A DNA stretch of 64,000 nt from Bdellovibrio sp. (GCA_020725805.1 DYEF01000072.1:148-64147); one strand, 5' to 3'. Shown: positions 1 to 9,889, numbered from the stretch's first letter. Made by a program: numbers and translations. Notes: generated from the letters alone by a model not told the origin.

Positions 1-44
1 AAAGCTCAAAATATTCTGACAAATTGCTACTGAGTATTATTTTA

Positions 45-73
45 TTGAAAAGGTAAGAACATTATTGTAGAAT
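45..73 (+). promoter_or_regulatory. Putative sigma70-type promoter for the ceramidase operon
   Basis: TTGAAA (45-50), 17-bp spacer, TAGAAT (68-73); GGAGG RBS at 92-96 before ATG 104. Confidence 0.5.
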
Positions 74-103
74 CACCTGCGTCTTTGACCGGGAGGTCTG
101 TTT

Positions 104-2731
104 ATGAAGAAAATTTCAGTCGTTTTTTTTATTATGATTTTTGTACTTATTGCCTGTAAGGATAATGAGATAATATATTCTGATGCCTCACAGGATGCGT
201 CATTAACCGATACTATGTCTGATATAGGAGAGGACGTTGATATTACGTCCGATGTGATTGAGAAATCCTGCAAATTTGTTGATGACTGTAACCAGAGACA
301 GGATTGCCGGGATTTCAAATGTGTTACTGCCGAGAAGTGCAGGTGTGAGAATATCGGTGATGATTTCTGCGGGTGTGCGTATAATAACGGTGAGGTCTGC
401 AGGCCGTTTCACATCTGCTACAAACAGAGATGGATAAGAATATGTGAGACCGATATGGATTGCAGCGAGGATGCACAGTGCCTTGACGGACTCTGTCAGC
501 CTTACAATTTCAGGATTGAGGTAAAATCCCCGTATCAGGACGGAGGCAAAAAGGGGAATCTCAAGGCCGGATACGGTTTTTCCTATGTGGATGTGCCTGT
601 GGGTGTCTCTATGGCGGGTTACGGTGCAAGAAAGGGTCCGAGGACTCCCTATAACAAGGAACTCGGAGGTACAACGGGATTCTGGGACAGGCCGACTGTC
701 AAGGCGATTGCCTTTGATAACGGAGCCGAAAGAATTGTATATGTAAGAAACGGTCTCGGCTGGTCACAGGATTATCTGATTTCGGGCATTGCAAAGGAAC
801 TTGAGAAGAGACTGGGCGAAAATTATATTGATAAGATTCTGATGAGTTCCTCGCACTCCCATTCCTATCCTGCGAGATTCTGGCATTTGCTACCGGATAT
901 GGGACTGGGCGTTCTGGGGCACGATAAATTCAATAAGGAGATATGGGAAAGGGTGGTAAAGTCCCACGCTGATGCAGTTGAGATGGCAGTTAAGAATTTG
1001 GTACCCGCCCGTATGGGTTATGTCCTCGATGACAATTTCGACCCGGATGATTATATCACCCACAACAGGCGTTCCGAATCGATGCCTTATAAGGATTTCA
1101 GGAGCGCAGTAATAAAGATAGAGTATGACGGCGGAGAGAAAGACGGAAAGACTCTGGCTGTTATTATGCGTTACGGTTCTCACGGGACACATATGCAGGA
1201 TACGCTTATGACCGGTGATGCACCTATTGCGGCGGAGATGATTTCGGAAGAGGTTCTGGGAGATAAGAACGGATATCATATTCCAGTGCTGTTTATGAAC
1301 GGAAATGCGGGGAATACATCTCCGGCAGGGGAGAAGAACCCCGACGGGAAAGGCGTAAACAGAAAGGATATTCATCAGATTCAGGCAATCGGATATTTTG
1401 TCTCGAAGTATCTTCTCGAGAAGCTTCCGCTCGTTACCACCAGCAACAATATAGAGCTTGAGATGATAACCAGAAGGATCCCGTTTGCCCGTAAATATAT
1501 CGGATACAGCGATAATGAGTTTTACAAGATTGAAAACGGCAAATCTGTCCCGTATTATCTCGGTGCTTTCCAGTGCTGTGTCGATTATAAGGAAAGCGGA
1601 TATAAAGACGGAGAACTTGGCTGCCTCCTCGAGACCACATTCCTGAATTACAACAGACCTGTCTATCAGTTTACGAAGACAAGACTTGCGGCTGTCAATC
1701 TCGGGGGTCTTAATCTCGTCTCTGTAAACGGTGAACCGTCTGCACAGTACGGGGAATATGTTATCTCCGAACTGAAGAAGAAGGGTATGAAGGACGTCCT
1801 GACAGTCGGTTATTCGATGGACCATCATTTATATGTGCTGCTGAGGGATGAATGGCTGCTCGGCGGCTATGAGTCAACAATGAGTATCTGGGGATTCAAG
1901 AACGGCGAATATATCGGCAGTCAGTCGATTGAACTTGCATCCCAGCTGTTAACGCCTGAGAAGGAAGACAACTCCAATAATGTTAAACCTGAATGGTGGG
2001 AGGAGGACGAAACACCAATTACACCGGTTGCCGCAAAGGAAAAACCGGGATTTTTTGTAAATCCGGAGGCGAATGTGCCGAGAACGGGTATTGTCCTTGT
2101 GAAATGGCACGGAGGTCATCCGGGAGTGGATAATCCGGTAATATACCTGCAGAAGAAAAACGGAAATTCGTTTGAAGATGTCAAATATGCCGGCGGAATA
2201 GATTATACGGATTACCGTTTTCATATGATTGTCGAGTTTCTGGGCAATTACAAGGATAATGCGGACTGGCAGGCGAGATGGGAGGAGAAGGTCAGCTTCA
2301 GTTCAGGTATATATCGCTTCAGGGTTAAGGGAAATTATATCGATAACGGGAAGAATACGTCCTATGAGATATATTCTCAGGAATTCAGTTATAATCCCCT
2401 CACGAATCTTATGATAGAGGATATTAAGGTCTCGGGTGGCAATATCTCATTTGCGGTCAGTTATCCGAAGCCGCAGGACGGAGGTACAAGGCTGCATTCA
2501 CTTTACACTGCCTACAACGAGCCTTACCCGCTTGAGTTCGACAAAAAGGTTATTGTGCGGGTCAAGAAGGATAACGGGGCAGAGGAGGATCTGAATGTTA
2601 CTCCTGTAAAGGGGACCTTCAGTAACAGAACGGCTTCCTATATTACGATTCCATATAAAGGTAGCGGGAATTATGAAATTGTGGTAGAAGACAGTTATGG
2701 AAATAAAGGGAGCCTTAAAAGCGACCTGTAA
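104..2731 (+). CDS. Neutral/alkaline ceramidase-family lipoprotein with N-terminal Cys-rich region
   Basis: Lipobox LIAC, Asp-rich linker, Cys-rich repeats; ceramidase-like motifs MAGYG, SHSHSYP, YGSHGT, GNAGNTSP, GEP, GGYE. Confidence 0.8.
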   Translation: MKKISVVFFIMIFVLIACKDNEIIYSDASQDASLTDTMSDIGEDVDITSDVIEKSCKFVDDCNQRQDCRDFKCVTAEKCRCENIGDDFCGCAYNNGEVCRPFHICYKQRWIRICETDMDCSEDAQCLDGLCQPYNFRIEVKSPYQDGGKKGNLKAGYGFSYVDVPVGVSMAGYGARKGPRTPYNKELGGTTGFWDRPTVKAIAFDNGAERIVYVRNGLGWSQDYLISGIAKELEKRLGENYIDKILMSSSHSHSYPARFWHLLPDMGLGVLGHDKFNKEIWERVVKSHADAVEMAVKNLVPARMGYVLDDNFDPDDYITHNRRSESMPYKDFRSAVIKIEYDGGEKDGKTLAVIMRYGSHGTHMQDTLMTGDAPIAAEMISEEVLGDKNGYHIPVLFMNGNAGNTSPAGEKNPDGKGVNRKDIHQIQAIGYFVSKYLLEKLPLVTTSNNIELEMITRRIPFARKYIGYSDNEFYKIENGKSVPYYLGAFQCCVDYKESGYKDGELGCLLETTFLNYNRPVYQFTKTRLAAVNLGGLNLVSVNGEPSAQYGEYVISELKKKGMKDVLTVGYSMDHHLYVLLRDEWLLGGYESTMSIWGFKNGEYIGSQSIELASQLLTPEKEDNSNNVKPEWWEEDETPITPVAAKEKPGFFVNPEANVPRTGIVLVKWHGGHPGVDNPVIYLQKKNGNSFEDVKYAGGIDYTDYRFHMIVEFLGNYKDNADWQARWEEKVSFSSGIYRFRVKGNYIDNGKNTSYEIYSQEFSYNPLTNLMIEDIKVSGGNISFAVSYPKPQDGGTRLHSLYTAYNEPYPLEFDKKVIVRVKKDNGAEEDLNVTPVKGTFSNRTASYITIPYKGSGNYEIVVEDSYGNKGSLKSDL

Positions 2732-2751
2732 ACTTTAATCCGGAGGATATA

Positions 2752-4980
2752 ATGAAAAAAATCATCATTATCTCTATCTCTATCTTTGCATCTCTTATGT
2801 TCTTTTCTGCCTGTACGGAAGATAAGAAGATTGAGTATGCTGACGGCGGTGCGGATACTGCACAGACAGAGGATGTAACTGTTACAGAAGATACGGGCGG
2901 CGGGGACACAGATGTTACGGAGGATACAGGACCGGTCACTAAGAGGCTCTTCAAGTACCGGGCATTCTCCGGAGTCTCGATGGGGGCATCGGGCGCCGGA
3001 ATGATAGGGCTCAAGCACGCAGATAAGTTCGATATTATCGGTGTAATCGGCGGATACATTGACTGGGTATATCTCCTGAACTATATGGAAAAGTACCATA
3101 TGGGCGGTTTCTGTCCGATTCAGCAGATACTGGATAATATCGCCGACATAAACGACCCGAACAAGAACCCCAATATTTACTGTGGCAAGAAGCCCCCCAT
3201 CAATCCTGTAGACAAAGTCTATCTCGAATGGGAGCAGGGTTTCAATCACTGGTATTTCTTTGATTCTGGTGGTGCATTTGACCGCGATGAGTATATCCAG
3301 TTGTTTCAGGATCTCTCTATGGCACTGGGTAATCCTGGATATTATAATGAAGATTCCCCGTATCTGCCGGCAGGTATATCTCCCGCAGAATATCTAAGCT
3401 GGATAAATTCTCCTGACAGATGCACAAAGCCGATAGTTATAGACAAGCCGCCATATAATTGTCACGCAGAATATAATCCTGAATGTAAATATCCTCTTAT
3501 ATCCTTTTGTGACGGTGAAGAGCCGATCGATAAAAAAGATCCGAAGTATTATGAGGAGGCAGGCAAGTATGACCCATATTACCCAAGTCATAAAAAGCCT
3601 TTCGTTGTGGTAATGGCAGTGGATTACAATCAGAACGGATTAAGGGATTACGGAGAACCTGTTATTTTTAATTCTCACGAAAGATTTAGAGATACAGGAC
3701 CAGATGGCTGTTTTGACGAAGATGAAGACGGAAACGGTGGTTGCTGTACAAACGACAGAACGAAATGCAAATACGACAAGGCAAATAATCCCGACCCGAA
3801 CAAGGATAACTACGATGTCTTAAATAACTTCAACGGGAAGGAGAAGAACGGATTTTATGATGAAGGTGAGCCGTATGATGATTACGGACTGGACGGAGTC
3901 AGGGCGGACAGCAATAAGGGGATTCCGGCTGACTACGGGGAAAACAACGGGAAATTCGACTATTCGCCGAATACAATGAATTTCTTTGCACACGACATGA
4001 GAATGCAGGTGTTGAAGATCGCAAGAGAGGATATAAATAAGCTTAAAAATCTGGATATATATATAGATGCCGGAATAAGGGATATATTTCTCTCAGCGGC
4101 AGATTCGATCGGGCCGATTGGGGCATTAAGGAATCTTGGACTTGATGCCCGGGTATATGATGATTTCTATGCAACTCCAAATGCCATCCTGCCAGGATTA
4201 ACCGAGACTGAGTATATGGATAGTATTCCTCAGATTGATTTTTCCCGCAAGAATTTTGGCAGATATGTTCTTGTCAGATATGGGAATCCGAATGCCACAC
4301 AGAAGCAGATTCTCGACGGGGACGGTGCACACGTGGGTACCGCCTCGCAGGTTATCAACAGATTTCTGACATTCCTTGCATTTACTTCGAAGAGATTCCC
4401 CAAATGGGATAAGAAGCCTGTGACCTCAGCACTTACAGGGCTGAATCAGAACAAATGGTTTTACAGCAAGTCTCTGGGTAGCTCACGGAGATATACAATA
4501 AGTCTGCCGCCGGGATATTACGATGAGGAGAACAAGGATAAGAGATATCCGGTTGTATATCTGATGCACGGATACGGAATGGAACCCGGGGATATGGGTG
4601 CCGCCGGAAGCATCTTTCAGACTTATATGGCTCAGGGTGCATTGCCTAAATTTATTATTGTATATCCGGACGGAAAGTGCTGCTACCGCAATATGAAGAC
4701 CGATGAGGTTGAGTGTGGCTGCACGGGTTCTCCCAATCACGGAATGCTGCTCTGTGTCGATAAGGATGGTAAGGAGAGAGATATCCCCGAGTCAGACCTT
4801 ACGAGGGAGTGCAACAGAGGTTCATTCTATACCAATGCGGTCTCGAATGTCTGGGCTCAGAGCAGAAAGGATGCTGACAAATTTATCGGCAGATATGAAG
4901 ATTCGCTGCTCGACCTGATAGAATATATCGACCAGACATACCGTACAAGGGCACCTGAAGAGGTAGAAGAGAAGTACTGA
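2752..4980 (+). CDS. Lipoprotein, esterase-family alpha/beta hydrolase, apparently circularly permuted
   Basis: Lipobox FSAC; GVSMGASGA at aa 74, IYIDAGIRD ~aa 436-444, GAH aa 525-527; LPPGY..KRYPVVYLMHG..FIIVYPDG..DLIEYIDQTYRT at the C-terminus. Confidence 0.75.
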   Translation: MKKIIIISISIFASLMFFSACTEDKKIEYADGGADTAQTEDVTVTEDTGGGDTDVTEDTGPVTKRLFKYRAFSGVSMGASGAGMIGLKHADKFDIIGVIGGYIDWVYLLNYMEKYHMGGFCPIQQILDNIADINDPNKNPNIYCGKKPPINPVDKVYLEWEQGFNHWYFFDSGGAFDRDEYIQLFQDLSMALGNPGYYNEDSPYLPAGISPAEYLSWINSPDRCTKPIVIDKPPYNCHAEYNPECKYPLISFCDGEEPIDKKDPKYYEEAGKYDPYYPSHKKPFVVVMAVDYNQNGLRDYGEPVIFNSHERFRDTGPDGCFDEDEDGNGGCCTNDRTKCKYDKANNPDPNKDNYDVLNNFNGKEKNGFYDEGEPYDDYGLDGVRADSNKGIPADYGENNGKFDYSPNTMNFFAHDMRMQVLKIAREDINKLKNLDIYIDAGIRDIFLSAADSIGPIGALRNLGLDARVYDDFYATPNAILPGLTETEYMDSIPQIDFSRKNFGRYVLVRYGNPNATQKQILDGDGAHVGTASQVINRFLTFLAFTSKRFPKWDKKPVTSALTGLNQNKWFYSKSLGSSRRYTISLPPGYYDEENKDKRYPVVYLMHGYGMEPGDMGAAGSIFQTYMAQGALPKFIIVYPDGKCCYRNMKTDEVECGCTGSPNHGMLLCVDKDGKERDIPESDLTRECNRGSFYTNAVSNVWAQSRKDADKFIGRYEDSLLDLIEYIDQTYRTRAPEEVEEKY

Positions 4981-4984
4981 GCCT

Positions 4985-5857
4985 ATGGAGTTCTTTTCCG
5001 AAATAAGAGACTCCATCGAACTTTTAGAAGAATTCAGAAAGGCCATTATAGAATCCGATACAGTCCTTGAGGAGGTCATCTCGGGGATTCACAGGAGCAG
5101 GAGTGGCGGGTATAATACCGAATTTCTGGATTACAGAAGTTATGTTTACGGGGATGACCTGAGATTTCTGGACTGGAAGGTCTTTCTGAAGAGCAACAGG
5201 TATTTTGTCAAAAGATTCGAGGATAACAAGAGAAATTCAGTATATCTCTACCTTGATAACTCATCATCTATGTTTCAGGGTAATAAATTTTTCAGGTCAT
5301 TACTGGTTTTGCTATCTGTTGCGAATATCTTTCTGAGGATGAAGGATGATGTCTTTGTAGTGGTTTCGCAGGAGAGAATCAGAATAAAGGAATCAGGACA
5401 GAATCAGCTTATAAATATCATAGGCGAGATTTATCAGAACAGAAAAGAAAGCAGGGGCGATTTTCTCGGACTTTACAACCGGATGCCGGAAATTGCGGAA
5501 AAGAATTCAGTCATCTGTCTCTTTTCGGACCTCTTTTCGGACCCGGATATGGTCAGAAGTTCGGTCAGTACGATATCGGGCACAGGAATTTATCAGTTCA
5601 TTTTCCATATCGTTACGAAAGAGGAAATGAATCCGTCAGGAAGAGGGCTTAAACTCTTTACAGACCCGGATTCCGATGAGACCCTTCTGATTCAGTGTGA
5701 TAATATATGGGATGAATACAGAAATGAGCTGCGGTTATATACCGGAGCACTGAATGACCTGCTTGTTGCAACCGGAAGAGGGAAGTACATCCTGTGCTCT
5801 GATGATATCGGGCTCAGGGATATCCTTCTGAAATTTTTCGAAAAAGAGCGTGACTGA
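4985..5857 (+). CDS. DUF58 domain-containing protein (vWA-like, MoxR-associated family)
   Basis: GIHRSRSGG..EFLDYRSYVYGDDLRFLDWK..VKRFE and LDNSSSM motifs. Confidence 0.88.
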   Translation: MEFFSEIRDSIELLEEFRKAIIESDTVLEEVISGIHRSRSGGYNTEFLDYRSYVYGDDLRFLDWKVFLKSNRYFVKRFEDNKRNSVYLYLDNSSSMFQGNKFFRSLLVLLSVANIFLRMKDDVFVVVSQERIRIKESGQNQLINIIGEIYQNRKESRGDFLGLYNRMPEIAEKNSVICLFSDLFSDPDMVRSSVSTISGTGIYQFIFHIVTKEEMNPSGRGLKLFTDPDSDETLLIQCDNIWDEYRNELRLYTGALNDLLVATGRGKYILCSDDIGLRDILLKFFEKERD

Positions 5858-7863
5858 TGGGTTTTACGAACAGTACATTTCTGTATGCACTCATACTTGC
5901 CGTAGTCCCTGTTATTATACACCTCTTCGGGATAAAACGTCCATCAAGAGAGGTCTTTTCCCCCCTTCCGGTACTTTTGAGAATCAGAAAGAAGATTATC
6001 CGGAAGAAGAAGATACATTCACTGATTCTCCTTCTGCTCAGGATTCTGCTCGTTGCCGGTTCAGTTATGTTCTTTGCCGGATTGTTTGTCAGTTATCCTT
6101 CTGCCTCATCTGATTTTAGTGACGGGTGTCTGATACTGATTGATAATTCTCCCTCCGTAACAGTGAATGCCGATGGCAGGTCTGTCCTCAGCAGAATAAT
6201 CTCATCGGTTACGGAATATGCCGCAAGAAAGAAGAATCAGTGCGTCAGTTATACAGTGATTACACTCTCCGACAGAAAGAGGTTTGATGTTTTGTCTGAT
6301 AATGTAAAGAGCGATATTTTGCGCGACAGGATATCGGCAGGGCCAAAGAGTGTGAATATCGAGAGGGATATACCCGAGGTACTTGCAACGGAGAAGGATA
6401 AGAGATATAGCAGTATTGTTCTCTTTTCGGATATGTATTCGCACTTCGTGAAAGAGATATCCGGCTCCCTCAGGATACTGAAGGACAACAATATAGAAAT
6501 CGAAGAGATTGGTATGCCGGCAGTCTCAAATGCGTTTATTGAGCATATAAGGGTAGAGCGTTCACAGGAGCAGAGAATAAACCTGATTGTTACTGTGGAA
6601 AACGGGGGAGAGTCTGTCTTTTACGGGAGCATAAAGCTGTTCGAGAATGAATCACTTCTCGACAAAACGACGGTCAGTCTGGCCCCGTCTGACAGGACAG
6701 AGGTATCTTTCGAGATACCGGACGGAAAAGAGAATATCAGGGAACGTTTTTTTGCCTTCAGAATTGAGGGAGATGACTTCGATTACGACAATACTGAATA
6801 TTTCTATTACAGGGAGGGCGGTAAAGGGAAGATTCTTCTTGTAAACGGCGAACCTTCTCCTGATGAGACGAAGAGTGAAATCTTCTTTCTGTCAAATGCA
6901 CTTAAAAGCTATTTCGGTGAATCTGTCAGGATCTATTCGGTTCTGGAGGATATGCTGCCGGAGACACCACAGTTGTATGATATAATTGCACTTGCAAATG
7001 TGAGCGGAATCGATGATATCAAGGCTGGTCTGCTTCTGTCCTATGTAAATGAGGGCGGAAAACTGTTCATATCACTCGGAAGCAGGATTAATATCAGGGA
7101 ATATAACAATCTCGATTTTTTGCCTGCGGATATTCTGGGTCTAACGGAGGCAGATAAGAATACGGGTATTGTTGCTGAGGATAGTCTCTTCTTCGAGTCT
7201 GTGCCTGACATTCTGCAGGGAATCAAAAGAGTAAAACTTAATAAGTTCTTTGAATCAAAAGTGAGAAAGGATGCGAAAGTCATATTGAAAACCGCCGGCG
7301 GAATGCCGCTTTTGGTAAGCAGAGGTTACGGCAAGGGTCTGGTGATGCTCTATACTACATCTGTTGATATGGATATGAACGACTTTCCGATAAGGAAGAA
7401 CTATCTTCCGTTCGTCTCTGTCTTGTTTGGCCGTATGCTTGAAGGTTCATCAGAGAGGAAGATTATTTATGCAAAGGGGAAAGAAGAGGTATCTGTAAGA
7501 GTGCAGGAGTGCAGAAACGGGAGTATAAATATTACGGGGAGAAAGTCTTCTGAAGTAAAGGTATTGTGCAAACAGGACCTCTCGCAGAGAATGATTATAA
7601 GTTTTACTGCCCCCTATGAAAACGGTTTTTACAAAATAACGGAAGATAATATCAATGCAATAATGATAGTCAATCCGGACAAGTCGGAATCCGTTCTTAA
7701 GAGAACCGATATCAGCGAAATAAAGAAGAATCTTAACAGGAATCAGAGCAGTATTGTATCTCCCAATATCATCAGGGACGGGAAGATGAGTCTGGTCGAG
7801 TTTTTATTGCTGCTCTGTGCAGTCGTGCTTCTCTCTGAGATGTTTGTTATGAACCGCAGATAG
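5857..7863 (+). CDS. BatA-domain (N-terminal double-transmembrane) vWA protein
   Basis: N-terminal PVIIHL..LLLLLR double TM, LIDNSPS, FSD, GATase-like region GGKLF, C-terminal NPDKSES plus TM; 1-bp overlap with the DUF58 gene. Confidence 0.8.
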   Translation: MGFTNSTFLYALILAVVPVIIHLFGIKRPSREVFSPLPVLLRIRKKIIRKKKIHSLILLLLRILLVAGSVMFFAGLFVSYPSASSDFSDGCLILIDNSPSVTVNADGRSVLSRIISSVTEYAARKKNQCVSYTVITLSDRKRFDVLSDNVKSDILRDRISAGPKSVNIERDIPEVLATEKDKRYSSIVLFSDMYSHFVKEISGSLRILKDNNIEIEEIGMPAVSNAFIEHIRVERSQEQRINLIVTVENGGESVFYGSIKLFENESLLDKTTVSLAPSDRTEVSFEIPDGKENIRERFFAFRIEGDDFDYDNTEYFYYREGGKGKILLVNGEPSPDETKSEIFFLSNALKSYFGESVRIYSVLEDMLPETPQLYDIIALANVSGIDDIKAGLLLSYVNEGGKLFISLGSRINIREYNNLDFLPADILGLTEADKNTGIVAEDSLFFESVPDILQGIKRVKLNKFFESKVRKDAKVILKTAGGMPLLVSRGYGKGLVMLYTTSVDMDMNDFPIRKNYLPFVSVLFGRMLEGSSERKIIYAKGKEEVSVRVQECRNGSINITGRKSSEVKVLCKQDLSQRMIISFTAPYENGFYKITEDNINAIMIVNPDKSESVLKRTDISEIKKNLNRNQSSIVSPNIIRDGKMSLVEFLLLLCAVVLLSEMFVMNRR

Positions 7864-7871
7864 GCTGTTAT

Positions 7872-8140
7872 AGTCCACAGTCCACGGTCCACAGACAACA
7901 GTTCTTAGAGCTGAAGGCTGAAGAGCTGAAGGCGATAGTACTATTAAGGTGGCTGAGTGGCTTTAGCGTATCGAAGCCACGGTAATATCAGGCGTTTCGA
8001 TATGCTCGCTTTGCTCACTACTCAACGCCCTTGTGCTTGAAAGGTCGCTGAGTAACAAAATGTATCGAAGCGACAGACCACATAGGAAGTCCACAGTCCA
8101 CAGTTATTTAGTGCTGAATAGCTGAAGGCGATAGTGCTGA
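7872..8140. repeat. Composite intergenic repeat: three REP-like hairpins bracketed by GTCCACA and GCTGAAG short-repeat blocks
   Basis: Units stem-TGAGT..TATCGAA-stem at 7949-7980 (+), 7991-8029 (-), 8044-8074 (+); GTCCACA tandems at ~7873-7893 and ~8089-8102; GCTGAAGGCGATAGT at 7925-7939 and 8121-8135. Confidence 0.75.
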
Positions 8141-8240
8141 AATTTAATATTGCTCCACAGACCATATTCGACAGAAGGATTCTTGCGATAATTAAATAAA
8201 AATATTTACAAGTAGGTTAAGTATGTGTTAATCTTCTGTT

Positions 8241-9770
8241 ATGAAGCGGTTTATCTGGATATCCGTATTTGTTCTGAATCTTTCTATATCTTATTCTCAG
8301 GGGTTACCGTCTTATATTCTTGATGGCTCTAATGTAATCTGGTTTGTGCAGATTACTGATACACACGTGGACTCTGATGCCCTGAAATATTACAAGGAAT
8401 ATCTACCATGGGTATTGAATGAAGCAGTGCCTCTTATAAATCCGTCGTTTGTTGTGGTAACCGGTGACCTGACTGATTCTACGAAACCGGCCATACCATA
8501 TTATGGCTCGGGTCCTCACGAATATGAGTGGCTGAAATATAAGGAAATTTATACGAATGCACTTATGACGCCGAGTTTCTACTATGACTGTCCGGGGAAT
8601 CACGATGCATACGGAGACGGACAACTTGCATACTATCTCAAATATTCTATGCAGGGTTCATTTACGAACAGCACACAGGCATCTTGGTACATCGATAACG
8701 GAAAGGGGATATACCACTTCTTCTATGCCGCAACAACGGCAAATGACGGGAAGCAGTGGCCCTCGGACAATCAGGAGCTTACTGATGATGAACTGATTCA
8801 GATCGACAGATTTCTAAAAGAAAATCCGAACGCCTCGATGAGAATCGCCTTTGCACACCACGACTATGAAAAAGAGGATGTAAAGAACAAGGAGAGATTT
8901 CTTGTACTCCTCAAACAGTACGGTATTCCGTTTTTCGGGCACGGCCACGAGCACGACATAGGATTCAGAAAGGGAGACGGGAATATAATCAAATTCAGAC
9001 TTGACTCTCTGGGACAGTCAGAGGGGAATAATGTGGCAATATGGGCAATCGATAATTACAATGTGACGATTAAGGTCTTTAAGGCTATGGCTGCCTTTCC
9101 GGCTGCAGTGATTACTGCACCGGCAGATGTGGTTTTGGACGACCCTAAGAACAAGGTTGAAAATCCGTATGTTCCGCCGGTATCAGTTTACTGCAAAAAC
9201 GCTCCGGTGCGGGCACTGGTATTTTCGAAGGCAAATAATCCTGATGTAACATTCAGAATCGATAACGGCAAAGAGACCGCTATGACAAAGAGAAAGAAGA
9301 ATCCTTATCAGTACAGAGGATATTTTGACGCAACTGCTCTTGGAACCGGTCTTCACACGATTACGGTTATTGTCAAGTCGGATATAACAAGGGAGACTAA
9401 AAACGAGTTTTATATCTCCGATATCCCCTGTGAATTAGGAGAAGAGGATAGTGATGAGATAATTACCGAAGATGCCGGTTATGAACTGCCCAAGGATTCT
9501 GCTCGGGATGATATCAGTATGTCAGATGATTTTGGATTAGATGATTATACTGAGGAGAATACAGATATTGTGGTCTATGAAGATATATTTGATGACGTTG
9601 CTGACGGTCAGGATGATACAGAAATATATGACATTGCAGATACTAATGTCATAAAAGACGCAGGTTCAAAAGACATCTATTCAGCCGATATAATTATAAA
9701 TAAACCAGACACCTCAGAAAAAGATTCTGACTCAGATTCCTCCGGCTGCAGCTGCAACTTTATTTACTGA
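8241..9770 (+). CDS. Exported calcineurin-like metallophosphoesterase with Asp-rich linker and GCSC C-terminus
   Basis: Signal peptide; DTH, TGDLTD, PGNHD, AHH, GHGHEH motifs; ends DSDSSGCSCNFIY. Confidence 0.85.
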   Translation: MKRFIWISVFVLNLSISYSQGLPSYILDGSNVIWFVQITDTHVDSDALKYYKEYLPWVLNEAVPLINPSFVVVTGDLTDSTKPAIPYYGSGPHEYEWLKYKEIYTNALMTPSFYYDCPGNHDAYGDGQLAYYLKYSMQGSFTNSTQASWYIDNGKGIYHFFYAATTANDGKQWPSDNQELTDDELIQIDRFLKENPNASMRIAFAHHDYEKEDVKNKERFLVLLKQYGIPFFGHGHEHDIGFRKGDGNIIKFRLDSLGQSEGNNVAIWAIDNYNVTIKVFKAMAAFPAAVITAPADVVLDDPKNKVENPYVPPVSVYCKNAPVRALVFSKANNPDVTFRIDNGKETAMTKRKKNPYQYRGYFDATALGTGLHTITVIVKSDITRETKNEFYISDIPCELGEEDSDEIITEDAGYELPKDSARDDISMSDDFGLDDYTEENTDIVVYEDIFDDVADGQDDTEIYDIADTNVIKDAGSKDIYSADIIINKPDTSEKDSDSDSSGCSCNFIY

Positions 9771-9889
9771 TTGGGTGGACTATTTTATTTTTAGAATCAA
9801 ATTAAAATTTAGATAAGATTTAATACCGAAGAGCTGAAGTTTTGATAATAACGGTTTTAAGCTATTTTTAGAATTTTGGGGTATTTCTG

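Noticed and set aside
890-1828. 312-aa antisense ORF and the many other short overlapping ORFs in the track
   Set aside because: They lie opposite or within well-supported genes and show no recognisable motifs; treated as shadow ORFs
7872-8140. Possible CRISPR array
   Set aside because: Units alternate in orientation, vary internally and lack unique equal-length spacers; no cas genes in the window
9768-9794. Readthrough or selenocysteine at the TGA after GCSCNFIY restoring a TM tail
   Set aside because: Readthrough adds only LGGLFYF before TAG; no SECIS-like hairpin seen; the amidase stop is coupled to the next ATG
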